A DNA stretch of 49,315 nt, from assembly GCA_047611865.1 (NCBI GenBank), contig JBLFWS010000004.1, positions 1 through 49,315 of the forward strand. The letters run 5' to 3'. Under the pieces are notes generated by a model. The model searched no databases, was not told the origin of the DNA, and saw nothing but the letters and a program-made list of their open reading frames with translations. The position numbers were made by a program, and so were the translations under genes. Of this stretch, positions 24,655 through 34,249 are shown one piece after another (the stretch's first letter is position 1; each line of letters begins with the position of its first letter). Source of the stretch: Chlamydiales bacterium (GTDB taxonomy: Bacteria; Chlamydiota; Chlamydiia; Chlamydiales; JBDQID01).

Positions 24655-27440
24655 TAATCTTCCAATGCTGCTTGTGCAGCAGCTAAACGTGCAATAGGTA
24701 TTCGAAAAGGTGAGCAAGAGACATAATGGAGGCCGATTTTATGACAAAATGTAACAGAACGGCCTTCGCCTCCATGCTCCCCACAGATTCCTAGTTTGAG
24801 ATCAGGGTTCGTTTTTTTACCTCTTGAAATGGCGATTTGCATGAGTTCGCCAACTCCTTCCTGGTCAATCGTTTCGAATGGGTCACTGGAAAATATTTGA
24901 ATGTTTTCCTCTTCTTTTATGGGATGGGAGACGCCCTGTAAGTAGAGAGGAACAAATTGTCCGCTATCATCACGACTGATTCCGAAAGTTGCTTGTGTAA
25001 GGTCATTGGTGCCAAAGCTAAAGAATTCTGCATGGTTGGCAATATGATGAGCAGTTAAGGCTGCTCGAGGCAACTCGATCATTGTTCCAATTAAAAAAGG
25101 AACAGTCTGGCCTTTTTCCTTAAACACCTCATCTGCAGTTTTCTTAATGACAGCACTTTGATGTTCTAATTCATTTGGTGTACTGATTAGAGGAACCATT
25201 ATTTCAGGTAGCACTACAATTCCTTCATTGACCACTTCGATGGCAGCTTCGAGTATAGCCCGAGTTTGCATGGCGGTAAGGTTAGGATAAATGATACCTA
25301 AGCGACAGCCTCTATGACCAAGCATTGGATTTGATTCCGTTATTGTTATGCTTGTTTCCAAAAGTTCTTCGTATGAAACTTTCATATTTGTAGCGAGAAG
25401 TCGTAATTCACTTTCGCTGTGGGGCATGAATTCATGCTGGGGTGGATCGAGTAAACGTATGGTGACAGGTTTGCCGTTCATTTTACGAAAAATGTTCGCG
25501 AAGTCATTTTTTTGGTGGGGAAGAAGTCTGGAAATAGCCTCTGTGCGGCTTTCTTCGTTTTTACTAAAGAACATTCTTCTTACATCTGTTAGACGAGATT
25601 TCTCCATGAACATATGTTCTGTACGGCAAAGACCAATTCCTTCAGCCCCGAAAGACAAAGCAACTTCACTATCTTCCGGAGTGTCTGCATTTGTACGAAC
25701 TTTTAGTTTCCTGAACTTGTCAGCAAGTTTCATTATTCGATCAAAATTTTTGAAAAGAGAACTGTCTTCGGGTGTTATTGATTTCTCAATAAGTACCTGG
25801 ACAATTTCTGAAGGGCTAGTATTGAGATGGCAGAAGAAGACCTCTCCCGTAGAGCCATCAATTGAAATGGAATCCCCCTCTTTGAGAATTCGATCTTTGG
25901 CAATTATGGTGTTTTCTGTTCTGTTTCTGTTTAAGTCACCACACCCAACAATGCAGGGTTTTCCAATACCCCTAGCCACAACAGCGGCGTGGCTAGTGCT
26001 CCCGCCCCGGATGGTGAGGATTCCTTCGGAAGCTACCATACCTGGAAAGTCTTCAGGGCTAGTCTCTTCCCTTACCAAGATGCATTTGATGCCTTGGGCT
26101 TTCCATTCAACAGCTTTTTCGGAAGAAAATACGGCTTTTCCTGAAGCAGCTCCGGGACCCGCGTTAAGACCTTTGGCAACGAGGTTACTATGGGATTGTC
26201 TTTTTTCAGTAGCATTGAACACGGGTGCTAGAAGTTGGGTGAGTTGGTTGGGTTCAACTCTACATACAGCTGTGCGTTCATCGATAAGTTTTTCATCTAG
26301 CATTTCTATAGCAATTCTAATAGCAGCAAAGCCAGTTCTCTTCCCTGTACGGGTTTGAAGCATGAAGAGCCTGCCTTGGTCTATTGTAAATTCTACGTCT
26401 TGCATTTCATGGTAGTGCTGCTCTAGCTTTTTCCCAATTTCGTCGAGTTGTTGATAGGTTTCTGGCATAATTTCTTCCAGACTATCTAGCTTGGAGTGAG
26501 TGAGTTCTTTTTGGTATTTGTTTAAGGGTTGGGGGGTTCGGATTCCAGCAACAACGTCTTCGCCCTGTGCATTTACGAGGAATTCTCCATAAAATTTCTT
26601 TTCTCCGCTGGCGGGATCCCTCGTAAAACCAACTCCAGTGGCAGATTGAAAGCCTTTGTTTCCAAATACCATTGCTTGAACTGTAACAGCAGTACCCCAA
26701 TCGTGGGGGTATTGATGAAATTGGCGGTATGCTGTAGCTCTATTACTATCCCAGCTATTAAACACAGCTGCTATAGCTTTAAAAAGCTGTTCTTTAGGAT
26801 CCTGAGGAAAAGAGTTCCCTGTACTTTCCTGGTATATTTTCTGGAAAGTTTGACATAATAGTTTTAAGGATTCAACAGAAAGGTCTACGTCGAATTCTAC
26901 TTTTTCGCTTTTCTTTAGGTTGCTTAGGGCATCTTCAAAAAGTCGGCTATGTACATTGTCTACAACATTGGCATACATTGAGATAAAGCGGCGGTAACTG
27001 TCATAGGCGAGTCGCTCATTTCCTGTAGATTTTGAAAAACCCTCGACAGAGTGGTCATTCAGCCCGAGATTGAGGACGGTGTCCATCATTCCAGGCATAG
27101 AGATACGAGCACCTGAGCGAACAGAAACGAGTAAAGGATTTGTAAGGCTGTCAAATGAAGCGTCCATTTGTTTTTCAAGTGTCTTCATGGCTATAGAGAC
27201 TTCTTTTTTAAGACTCTCGGGATAATGTTGCTCATTTTGACGGTAAAATAGGCAGGCTTCTGTAGTTATGATGAAACCTGGAGGAACGGGAATGCCAATA
27301 GAAGACATTTCTGCTAAACCTTTTCCCTTGCCACCCAGAAGATTTTTATCTAGTGGGGGAGTAGGTTGACCAACTCCAAAAGGATAAACATATTTGGTAG
27401 AAGTTTTTTCATTATTTTTCAAAGATTTAACAGAGGTCAT
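24654..27440 (-). CDS. ppdK: Pyruvate, phosphate dikinase
   Basis: LLGGKG, LLVSVRSGA..SMPGMMDT, GGSTSHAAVVARG (phospho-His), GIGLCRTEHMF, FSFGTNDLTQ, GICGEHGG. Confidence 0.97.
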   Translation of the reverse strand: MTSVKSLKNNEKTSTKYVYPFGVGQPTPPLDKNLLGGKGKGLAEMSSIGIPVPPGFIITTEACLFYRQNEQHYPESLKKEVSIAMKTLEKQMDASFDSLTNPLLVSVRSGARISMPGMMDTVLNLGLNDHSVEGFSKSTGNERLAYDSYRRFISMYANVVDNVHSRLFEDALSNLKKSEKVEFDVDLSVESLKLLCQTFQKIYQESTGNSFPQDPKEQLFKAIAAVFNSWDSNRATAYRQFHQYPHDWGTAVTVQAMVFGNKGFQSATGVGFTRDPASGEKKFYGEFLVNAQGEDVVAGIRTPQPLNKYQKELTHSKLDSLEEIMPETYQQLDEIGKKLEQHYHEMQDVEFTIDQGRLFMLQTRTGKRTGFAAIRIAIEMLDEKLIDERTAVCRVEPNQLTQLLAPVFNATEKRQSHSNLVAKGLNAGPGAASGKAVFSSEKAVEWKAQGIKCILVREETSPEDFPGMVASEGILTIRGGSTSHAAVVARGIGKPCIVGCGDLNRNRTENTIIAKDRILKEGDSISIDGSTGEVFFCHLNTSPSEIVQVLIEKSITPEDSSLFKNFDRIMKLADKFRKLKVRTNADTPEDSEVALSFGAEGIGLCRTEHMFMEKSRLTDVRRMFFSKNEESRTEAISRLLPHQKNDFANIFRKMNGKPVTIRLLDPPQHEFMPHSESELRLLATNMKVSYEELLETSITITESNPMLGHRGCRLGIIYPNLTAMQTRAILEAAIEVVNEGIVVLPEIMVPLISTPNELEHQSAVIKKTADEVFKEKGQTVPFLIGTMIELPRAALTAHHIANHAEFFSFGTNDLTQATFGISRDDSGQFVPLYLQGVSHPIKEEENIQIFSSDPFETIDQEGVGELMQIAISRGKKTNPDLKLGICGEHGGEGRSVTFCHKIGLHYVSCSPFRIPIARLAAAQAALED

Positions 27441-27570
27441 TTTCCGCTCCTACCTGATCTACTTTTTTGATCTATTATCCTCACTCTAACGGAGGCATAA
27501 TTAGAAAAAAATAGAAAATCGAGAAACTCCATTTTTTGGACAATATCATTTTTAGAAGGGCTTTGCTTTA

Positions 27571-27620
27571 TGGAGAGCTATGATTGATCCATAATAAGGG
27601 CAGAATGATCTAAAAATTAA
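27571..27620. repeat. Eroded family A remnant
   Basis: tggagagctatgattgatccataataagggcagaatg resembles A1 tggagagttatgaccgatcctaaatcaagacaaaata. Confidence 0.5.
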
Positions 27621-27633
27621 GTTTTATAGAATA

Positions 27634-27776
27634 CTAGTGTTAAATTTAGGGATTGTGAACAGACTTTTTCTTGACCGTCTATGTGCTCGAACTCATTAAT
27701 ATTCATATATTTATGGATATAACTGCACTTAGTTCTCAGGTAAACTTTAGCTTGTATCTTAGATATTTGACACGAG
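27634..27776. mobile_element. MITE family F, copy F2 (diverged, opposite orientation to F1)
   Basis: Ends ctagtgttaaat / atttgacacgag; interior cttgaccg…gtgctcgaactcattaatattcatatatttatgg…cactta aligns to the reverse complement of F1. Confidence 0.75.
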
Positions 27777-27848
27777 ATTGGCTTAGGAATCAAATAAAAA
27801 ATACGTTTTTCCTAAAGTCTCGCTAAATTTTGTCCGAATATAGTAAAG

Positions 27849-28010
27849 GAAGCCTGCTAACTAGTACCAAGACCTAGTAACAGGTAAGGTTTAACGCTTT
27901 GCTCCTCTCGGTATTATAGGAAAAGAATCCTGAGGAGAGGAGGATGCACACTCTTTCCAAAGGAAGGTAGTGAGTGTCTGAATAAAGTTGGCAGGCTTCT
28001 TCTTTTTTTT
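27849..28010 (+). ncRNA. Candidate structured small RNA, family unassigned
   Basis: 14-bp closing stem gaagcctgctaact/agttggcaggcttc, two internal hairpins, TATAGT just upstream, T run just downstream. Confidence 0.5.
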
Positions 28011-28178
28011 ACCCCTAATACCCGGATTGCTACCCAAATTTGTTCGTTGAGTTCAGATTTGCATTCAGAAATGCAGTATGGGTTCATAAACTAGTGATTA
28101 CCCTTACATTTGTTACGATAGAGAATATCTAAGCTACGACAAAATCCACGGGGCAGGGTTTCTATTGACCGTCCGGGT

Positions 28179-30131
28179 CTAAGATTCAAACCCAACTGTG
28201 TAATTTGAAGGGGAATCTTCAATGTTAGAACGGGTATCGATGGAAAGGATGTGATTCTTTTCGTTGTGATCCCAAGGTATGATTTTTCCATTTCTTCGAA
28301 TTTCTAAAACCTTTCGTTCGCAATAGATAAGTAACGGAGCCGTAATGACTGTAGATATATATATGGTGTCTTCTCCGATTGTAAGATCCAAAATAGGGCC
28401 TTGTATCAGTAGAAAGGAATAACAGCCTAGTAAGGCTATACCGTTTTTAATTGGAGAAAAGGTAATTACATCATTGAGATTAGGTTTAAGCTTAATGGGA
28501 ATTTTTTCATCATGGGAGACAGTACCTAGAAATCCATGGTAATGACTATGGGCGGCATAGTTGGTTCCGAACAAAGTTCCTACATCAGAGGGTGATACAG
28601 TTCCTTGGAGGCTTTTATTTCCACTAGTTAAGTTGAATAGAGCGACAACTCCTGATAGGCCTTTTCGAGTGAAAGCTTTGTAAATGTTATTTTCTCGGAT
28701 GGGGTCAATAAAGATAGAGTCTTCACAAAGTTGAAGGGGAACATCAGCTTTTAAAACTTTTCCTGAAGGAAGAAATACTTTTTTCAAAAGGGTCTTGTTA
28801 TGCGCATTAGGACGGTCTCCGATGGTAATAATTGATCCAGATAATGCGTGGAAGATGGATAGGGACTCACTGTAATCAGTGTTGGTTTGCCATGAGTCGA
28901 AATCTGTATTCATGAAATGCTGTAACCAAAGGGAGTTCGTTAAGTGATTTCGGATGATGCGTTTTATTCCAACGGGATTATTATAATCGACATTTTCTGC
29001 GGAGCGAGCGATTTGTGAAGTGGTCCAATAGAAGAGGTTTTCATTGCGCAAACAATCTGTATTAATGTGGGGACTGTTAAAGTGTATACTTGCTGCAGCT
29101 TGAATGGCTGTTTGTAGATTTTTGTATATCAATGTAGCATTCAAAGAGTTAATGCAGTGGGATGAAAATTCGTTTTGTTCACATACTTTGATGAAGGTAA
29201 TCCCCTGTTTTTTTAGGAATTCGTAATAATCATGGAAAAAACAGAAGGTATTTCCCAGATCCTTACCAAGAAGGTATTTCCCTTCATGGTTTTGAGAGAG
29301 ATGATACTTTTCTGCGACTGTAGGATGGATTCCTTCGGGACTCCCCATGAGTTTATGAGATAAACCTATGTGTTGAACTCCTGCATTATTTAATTTGCTT
29401 ACAAGGCCTTTGAGACCAAGGGGGAAGCGAGACTTATCTATATCGAAACCCGCCATATCGGAGAAATCATTAAGATTTTGAGATGCTTTAGCTTGCCACC
29501 CATCATCAATTATGGCGTATCCAGGCTGAAATCCAAGATCTTTGAGACTCCAAATGGAGTCGAGAATATTTTTCTGGCTTACGTTTTTTCCAAATGGTAG
29601 TCCAGATTCCCATCCCATAGTGTTAAACCAGCTTGGATTCGAAGGTTTATCCTGAAGCATTTTGCCTGTTCCTCCAGAAAGATCAAGAGCAAGGGAGAGC
29701 GTTTTTCCTATCAATTCATTTAAATTAGAGCCGCGAAAACAAATGACAGTAGCTTTAGTCTGCTTGTCTTCAGTATCGCTATAGCTTTCAACTGTTAGTC
29801 GAATCCCTTCGGAGTCGGGATGGAAGTAAGTCGAGAGATTATTATGTGAAAGGGAAAAGAAAACGGTATAGGTCTGTTTTTCATTGCAAATGATAAAATA
29901 GGTCTTTGGAGGTATATCGGAAAAGGATTCACTGTAGCGAGGAGTGGGAAATGCGTCTTGGTCATTATGAATGTGGTAGGAAATAATTTTATTTTTTTTC
30001 TCACAGCCTAGCTGAAGAAGAAATTCACGGGTTCCCGAGAAGGGTTCCATGTGCAGGGTCAAGCTTCTTTTGCTTGAAAGAGTATTTTCTACGGGGATGG
30101 TTCTATATTTTTTGTTACAAATAATTTGCAT
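28179..30131 (-). CDS. GH36 Sip1/raffinose-synthase-like protein, divergent
   Basis: MGWES, IIDDGWQ, RFPLGLKGLV, FHALSGSIITIGDRP and LPSGKVLKA match Sip1-family blocks. Confidence 0.8.
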   Translation of the reverse strand: MQIICNKKYRTIPVENTLSSKRSLTLHMEPFSGTREFLLQLGCEKKNKIISYHIHNDQDAFPTPRYSESFSDIPPKTYFIICNEKQTYTVFFSLSHNNLSTYFHPDSEGIRLTVESYSDTEDKQTKATVICFRGSNLNELIGKTLSLALDLSGGTGKMLQDKPSNPSWFNTMGWESGLPFGKNVSQKNILDSIWSLKDLGFQPGYAIIDDGWQAKASQNLNDFSDMAGFDIDKSRFPLGLKGLVSKLNNAGVQHIGLSHKLMGSPEGIHPTVAEKYHLSQNHEGKYLLGKDLGNTFCFFHDYYEFLKKQGITFIKVCEQNEFSSHCINSLNATLIYKNLQTAIQAAASIHFNSPHINTDCLRNENLFYWTTSQIARSAENVDYNNPVGIKRIIRNHLTNSLWLQHFMNTDFDSWQTNTDYSESLSIFHALSGSIITIGDRPNAHNKTLLKKVFLPSGKVLKADVPLQLCEDSIFIDPIRENNIYKAFTRKGLSGVVALFNLTSGNKSLQGTVSPSDVGTLFGTNYAAHSHYHGFLGTVSHDEKIPIKLKPNLNDVITFSPIKNGIALLGCYSFLLIQGPILDLTIGEDTIYISTVITAPLLIYCERKVLEIRRNGKIIPWDHNEKNHILSIDTRSNIEDSPSNYTVGFES

Positions 30132-30378
30132 GTCTATATCCTCTCTTAATCGTCACTGTACTATAAAGAAAAATTTACAGGTACAGCCAAGCGTTCTCTC
30201 TACATAGGGGTGCTTACAGTTGAAATAAGCCAAGTTTTTCTAAGACTAGCAAGAAATGGTCTCGGGCTTAATGAAGACTTGAAAAATAGTCCAAAATTTG
30301 CTAATATAACTTTCTTTAGTTTCTGTTTTTGACTTGTATTAGATACTATATAAAGTACAAGCGAAAACTAAGCGCTAT

Positions 30379-30448
30379 TTAGGTCGTGTATTAAAATTAG
30401 GGAATCGTTAATTTTGAGAGTATTTCGAAATTTTAATTAATAACCTAG
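30379..30448. mobile_element. Family A mini-copy A5 (70 bp) upstream of dedA
   Basis: ttaggtcgtgtattaaaattagggaat … aattttaattaataacctag. Confidence 0.8.
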
Positions 30449-30475
30449 AGTATTTCAATAGAAGGGTAGGCCCAG

Positions 30476-31111
30476 GTGGAAATTTTTAGCTCCATAATGC
30501 AGTTGATTACTGATAATGCTCAATACGCTCATTGGTTGATCTTTGGTGTATTGATTCTTGCTGGCTTAAATGTACCAATTAGTGAAGACCTTATGCTGGT
30601 CACTAGTGGTGTATTAGCTAGTACAGTGGTGCCTGAAAATACAACTAAATTATTTGTATGCGTTTTTCTGGGTTGCTATTTGTCTGATTGGATAGCCTAT
30701 TGGATTGGAAGGCGTCTGGGCCCAAAGCTTTGGAAGTTCAAATGGTTTGCTAGCATGGTTTCCGAGAAGCGCTTTCAACGAATGAAAGTTTTTTATCAAG
30801 ATTATGGTTTTTTGACTTTGCTGGTAGGAAGGTTCATTCCGTTCGGTGTTCGAAATTGTCTGTTTATTACTGCAGGTATGACACGGATGCACTTTGGAAA
30901 ATTTATAATTAGTGATGGGATAGCCTGCTTCATTTCAAATACAGCTCTTTTTACCTTAGCCTATTCTTTTGGGAAAAATCATGAAGTCTTGTTTGAATAC
31001 CTGAGAACATATAATTTATTGGTTTTTGGTCTGTTTGTAGCGTTATTAACATCTGTGGCTATGTATTTTCTATTTAAGAAATTCTATTATACACAGGGTG
31101 AAAGGGCCTAA
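30476..31111 (+). CDS. DedA-family membrane protein
   Basis: NVPISED, SDWIAYWIGRRLG, GRFIPFGVR, AGMTRM motifs. Confidence 0.9.
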   Translation: MEIFSSIMQLITDNAQYAHWLIFGVLILAGLNVPISEDLMLVTSGVLASTVVPENTTKLFVCVFLGCYLSDWIAYWIGRRLGPKLWKFKWFASMVSEKRFQRMKVFYQDYGFLTLLVGRFIPFGVRNCLFITAGMTRMHFGKFIISDGIACFISNTALFTLAYSFGKNHEVLFEYLRTYNLLVFGLFVALLTSVAMYFLFKKFYYTQGERA

Positions 31112-31647
31112 TGTTTTTCCTTGCGAGACTTACGACACTTTCTAATGCTTTGACCCTTCTCAGAGCCCCTCTGGCACTTCTCTTTTTACATGAAGCGCCA
31201 ACGGTTCGGCTTTGCTCTGTCTTTTTTGCTATGTTGTCTGATGGTCTTGATGGATATGTTGCCAGAAAATTTCAAACGGTAAGCCGTTTTGGAACTATTA
31301 TGGATCCTGTTATGGATAGGTTCTTCGTTCTTTTTGCCTTATCCGTACTTCTAATGGAAAGTGAGCTGGAGTCTTGGCAGGTGCTTGCAATGCTAACCCG
31401 GGACATGGTTCTTTTTTCTTTTGCTCTTAGCGTTTCAATTTTTGGAAACTTTAAGAATTGTGTGCTTAAAGCGACTTTTTGGGGCAAAGTTACCACTTTT
31501 TCTCAATTCTGCATATTGATTGGGGTGACATTTGGCTTAAGATTTCCACCTGCTATATACCTTAGCTTTGTGGCCTTTGGAGCTCTTTTGCTGAAGGAAC
31601 TTTTCTTTCTGTATCGTCAGTCAAAATTATTGTCCAAAGAGTCCTAG
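31111..31647 (+). CDS. CDP-alcohol phosphatidyltransferase (PgsA/cardiolipin-synthase-like)
   Basis: NALTLLR and the DGLDGYVAR…FGTIMDPVMD signature; TAATG overlap with dedA. Confidence 0.9.
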   Translation: MFFLARLTTLSNALTLLRAPLALLFLHEAPTVRLCSVFFAMLSDGLDGYVARKFQTVSRFGTIMDPVMDRFFVLFALSVLLMESELESWQVLAMLTRDMVLFSFALSVSIFGNFKNCVLKATFWGKVTTFSQFCILIGVTFGLRFPPAIYLSFVAFGALLLKELFFLYRQSKLLSKES

Positions 31648-31727
31648 TGTCCCTTAAAAGCTGATTTTGAGGGTGTTTCGCCCTGATTTTGAATAGCTCA
31701 CAACCTTCTAATTTTATACTGGACCCA
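31644..31727. repeat. Eroded family A-related remnant on a TAG stop
   Basis: ctgattttgagggtgtttcgccctgattttgaatagctcacaac resembles A6 ctgattttgagagcattttgttttgatttgggattggtcataac. Confidence 0.5.
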
Positions 31728-32002
31728 GACTGTTAATGGTGCGCATCCATTTGACTGGTTTGTGTCGCTAAGTTGTTCTTTTCCTAGCTTTGCTTTAGCC
31801 AAGAAATCACTATGGACGAGCTAATGCTGTAGGCGAACTACGTCCCTCATTAAGTTGCCTATGCTACTAATCTTATTTAGGAGGGGAATGATCGATGAAA
31901 ACACTCCCAAAATTTCACTTGATAGAGTGATAGTATTTATAGCTGTTTGTAAAGATGCTAACTTTGGATAAAGATGAGATCTAATAATTGCAGGAGCTAA
32001 AA

Positions 32003-32203
32003 GGCGTTGTTGCATAAAACATGCGTCTACAAGAGGCTTATGATTAAAATTTTACCACCGAGATCACAGAGAAAATAAAAAATTACAGATCAGTTGATAG
32101 CATATTCTGAGAGACTTTATGCATTTTTCGATCTCTCTGTGTTCTCGGTGCTCTCTGTTGTTAAATAAATGATTGTAAACGTATTAAATTATGCAACAAC
32201 GCC
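32003..32203. mobile_element. MITE family B, copy B3, 201 bp
   Basis: TIR GGCGTTGTTGCATAA; perfect 9-bp TSD gagctaaaa (31994-32002 and 32204-32212). Confidence 0.97.
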
Positions 32204-32209
32204 GAGCTA

Positions 32210-32248
32210 AAATGAACAGGGCAAAATATGAATTGCTCCTGTTCATTT
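32210..32248 (-). terminator. Terminator hairpin after the nucleotide transporter gene
   Basis: aaatgaacagg…cctgttcattt stem, 12 nt past the stop. Confidence 0.7.
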
Positions 32249-32260
32249 GATACTAAAATT

Positions 32261-33832
32261 TTATGTAGATAACGTTGTGATTACTGGAGCTTTACTTTGA
32301 GAGCTTTTTTCTTCAGTATCGATGGGTTCAGAATGGCTTTCGTTGATTTTTTCGAATTCCTTTCCTAAATTTTTTACAGCAATTATCCAGACGACTATGG
32401 CTAGAATTACAATTACGGCAACATACGGAGCACTACTTGTAAGTGAGTTAGCGAAGACCATAAGAAGACTTTGGTGAATAAGGGAGCCGCCGGATTTTCC
32501 GAGGCGAGACCCAACACCATCTATGGCGGCTTTACCTTTAACTTTGGATTCGAGACTTAGGGGGATAAACGCGATTTCTTTAGTACTGTCAAATACGGAG
32601 TATTTAGACCCTCGGCAAAAAGCATTATGGGCAGACCCAAATATGCAAACGAGATAGAGGGGGGACATGCCCAATAAAGCATAGGTGGCTTCGTAGGCAT
32701 AAATTTTGGACATTAGGAGGCCAAAGAATCCAATACTTGTTATTAAAAGGACAACTGGAGTAATGGCAGCAGTAAAACCCCAACCAAATTTTTCTAAGGA
32801 TTTTCCTACTACGCATAAAGATAAAAAGGTAGCTACTATTCCCATTGCGGTTGAAACATAGCTCATGTGAATGTTGTAGTCGTTAGGGGTGGGATACAAG
32901 AGTTTAAGTTCTCCTTTCCAGAGGACTTCCACGAGGTTAATTACCAAATTGTATGTGAGGACCACAAGTGCGATGTTAAGTAAGTAACGAGAGTTAGCTA
33001 GGTAGGAAAAGGTTTCCCTGAGAGACATTTTGAATTTTTTCTTAGGAGATTTCTTGTGTTCAGCCTGGAGTTTGAAAATGTCATTTACCATCATCCAGCG
33101 GAAAATCCCCATGGTAATTAAGCCACTAATTATCACCGTGGTGACGAGTAAAATTAGTGTTTGCTCCCAAGCGTCGTGTCCAAAAGGAAGGCTTAGATTA
33201 AAAACCGGGCTAGAAAATGCAATTGAGATCTGTCCAGCGGCAATTCCGGCAAAATTGAGGGCGATACCGATTAATCCGTAAAACCTGCTTGCCTCTTTTA
33301 CTTTTGTAACTTCATTTGCAAATCCCCAGAATAGCATGGAAAGAACGATGTTTCCCCATAGTTCGGACATGACATAATAGCAGGTAAAGGTCCAGTTTCG
33401 AAAAATGGCAATCAAGCCTTTGAGTCCAGCAGGAAAAATGGTTTCCAAATAGTCTGCTGTTTGGTGAGGGTGTAAAAGATCTTTTGCTGGGTAAAGAACA
33501 AGGATAAAAAGTGCAAAGAAGCCTAGGAAAAGGCTAACCATAGAGTAAAAGACCTGCTCTCTATTCAGCTTGTTTGACATCTTAGCGAAGAGGTAGGTGA
33601 GAAAAAAGGCCATAGGAAGAAGAACCCAAACCTTAATAAAAGGGATGGCTTCAGCTCCAGAACCTCTAGCGGTAACGACAAGTGCGTCCTTTGCTGTTCT
33701 TAGAATGTTGTAGTTGAATGAGGTTAGGAATGCTATTAATAGCATGGGGATAAGCTTTCTATTCTCATGGCTGTGTACTGGCCATAGAAAAGATCTAATT
33801 TTGCCAAATTTTGCTAAATCCGTGTCGCTCAT
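32261..33832 (-). CDS. npt2: Nucleotide transport protein (TLC/NTT family), Npt2/NTT2-like
   Basis: FNYNILRTAKD, GAEAIPFIKVW, SELWG, FWGFANE, KGKAAIDGVGSRLGKSGGS. RGSKY instead of SKSxKY, and adjacency to a pgsA-like gene, favour the Npt2 type. Confidence 0.85.
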   Translation of the reverse strand: MSDTDLAKFGKIRSFLWPVHSHENRKLIPMLLIAFLTSFNYNILRTAKDALVVTARGSGAEAIPFIKVWVLLPMAFFLTYLFAKMSNKLNREQVFYSMVSLFLGFFALFILVLYPAKDLLHPHQTADYLETIFPAGLKGLIAIFRNWTFTCYYVMSELWGNIVLSMLFWGFANEVTKVKEASRFYGLIGIALNFAGIAAGQISIAFSSPVFNLSLPFGHDAWEQTLILLVTTVIISGLITMGIFRWMMVNDIFKLQAEHKKSPKKKFKMSLRETFSYLANSRYLLNIALVVLTYNLVINLVEVLWKGELKLLYPTPNDYNIHMSYVSTAMGIVATFLSLCVVGKSLEKFGWGFTAAITPVVLLITSIGFFGLLMSKIYAYEATYALLGMSPLYLVCIFGSAHNAFCRGSKYSVFDSTKEIAFIPLSLESKVKGKAAIDGVGSRLGKSGGSLIHQSLLMVFANSLTSSAPYVAVIVILAIVVWIIAVKNLGKEFEKINESHSEPIDTEEKSSQSKAPVITTLST

Positions 33833-34126
33833 CAGTGAATACTTCCGTAAAAAGTCAATGAATAATTTGAGGAAAATAGGTCACAAAGATCAGCCTTTAG
33901 CGATTCACTTTGCCGATTTAGAAAACAATTATTATGAAGGGGTAGATTTTTTGCTTTAGGGGGATAAATGAACTTTTGAAGTTCATTTTGAACGTGCGCA
34001 GGAGGTTTTAGCCTTCTGTAAAGAGTCGAAGGTGACGAGGAAACCTTATGTCTTGCTCGTTTGAATTTCATGCTGCTCTAAGTTAAGTATTTTAAAAAAC
34101 TTAATAATGCAGAGTAATAAAGGGAC

Positions 34127-34155
34127 ATTATAGTAGCTTTATGATTGTATGACAA
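34127..34155 (-). promoter_or_regulatory. Near-consensus sigma66/sigma70 promoter upstream of npt2
   Basis: TTGTCA-N17-TATAAT on the minus strand. Confidence 0.7.
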
Positions 34156-34249
34156 GTATAATTTTTTTATTTTAATAATAAATAGCTTAAGCACATAGTT
34201 TACAAAGAGAAAAATTGAAAAATTTGAGTCTAGAGAGTCAAACTATGCT

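Noticed and set aside
25348..26358. 336-aa ORF on the + strand
   Set aside because: Wholly antisense to ppdK, Ser-rich shadow frame, no recognisable motif
27940..27980. SRP RNA (ffs) suggested by ccaaaggaagg
   Set aside because: Lacks the CAGG…GNRA…AGCAG helix-8 motif
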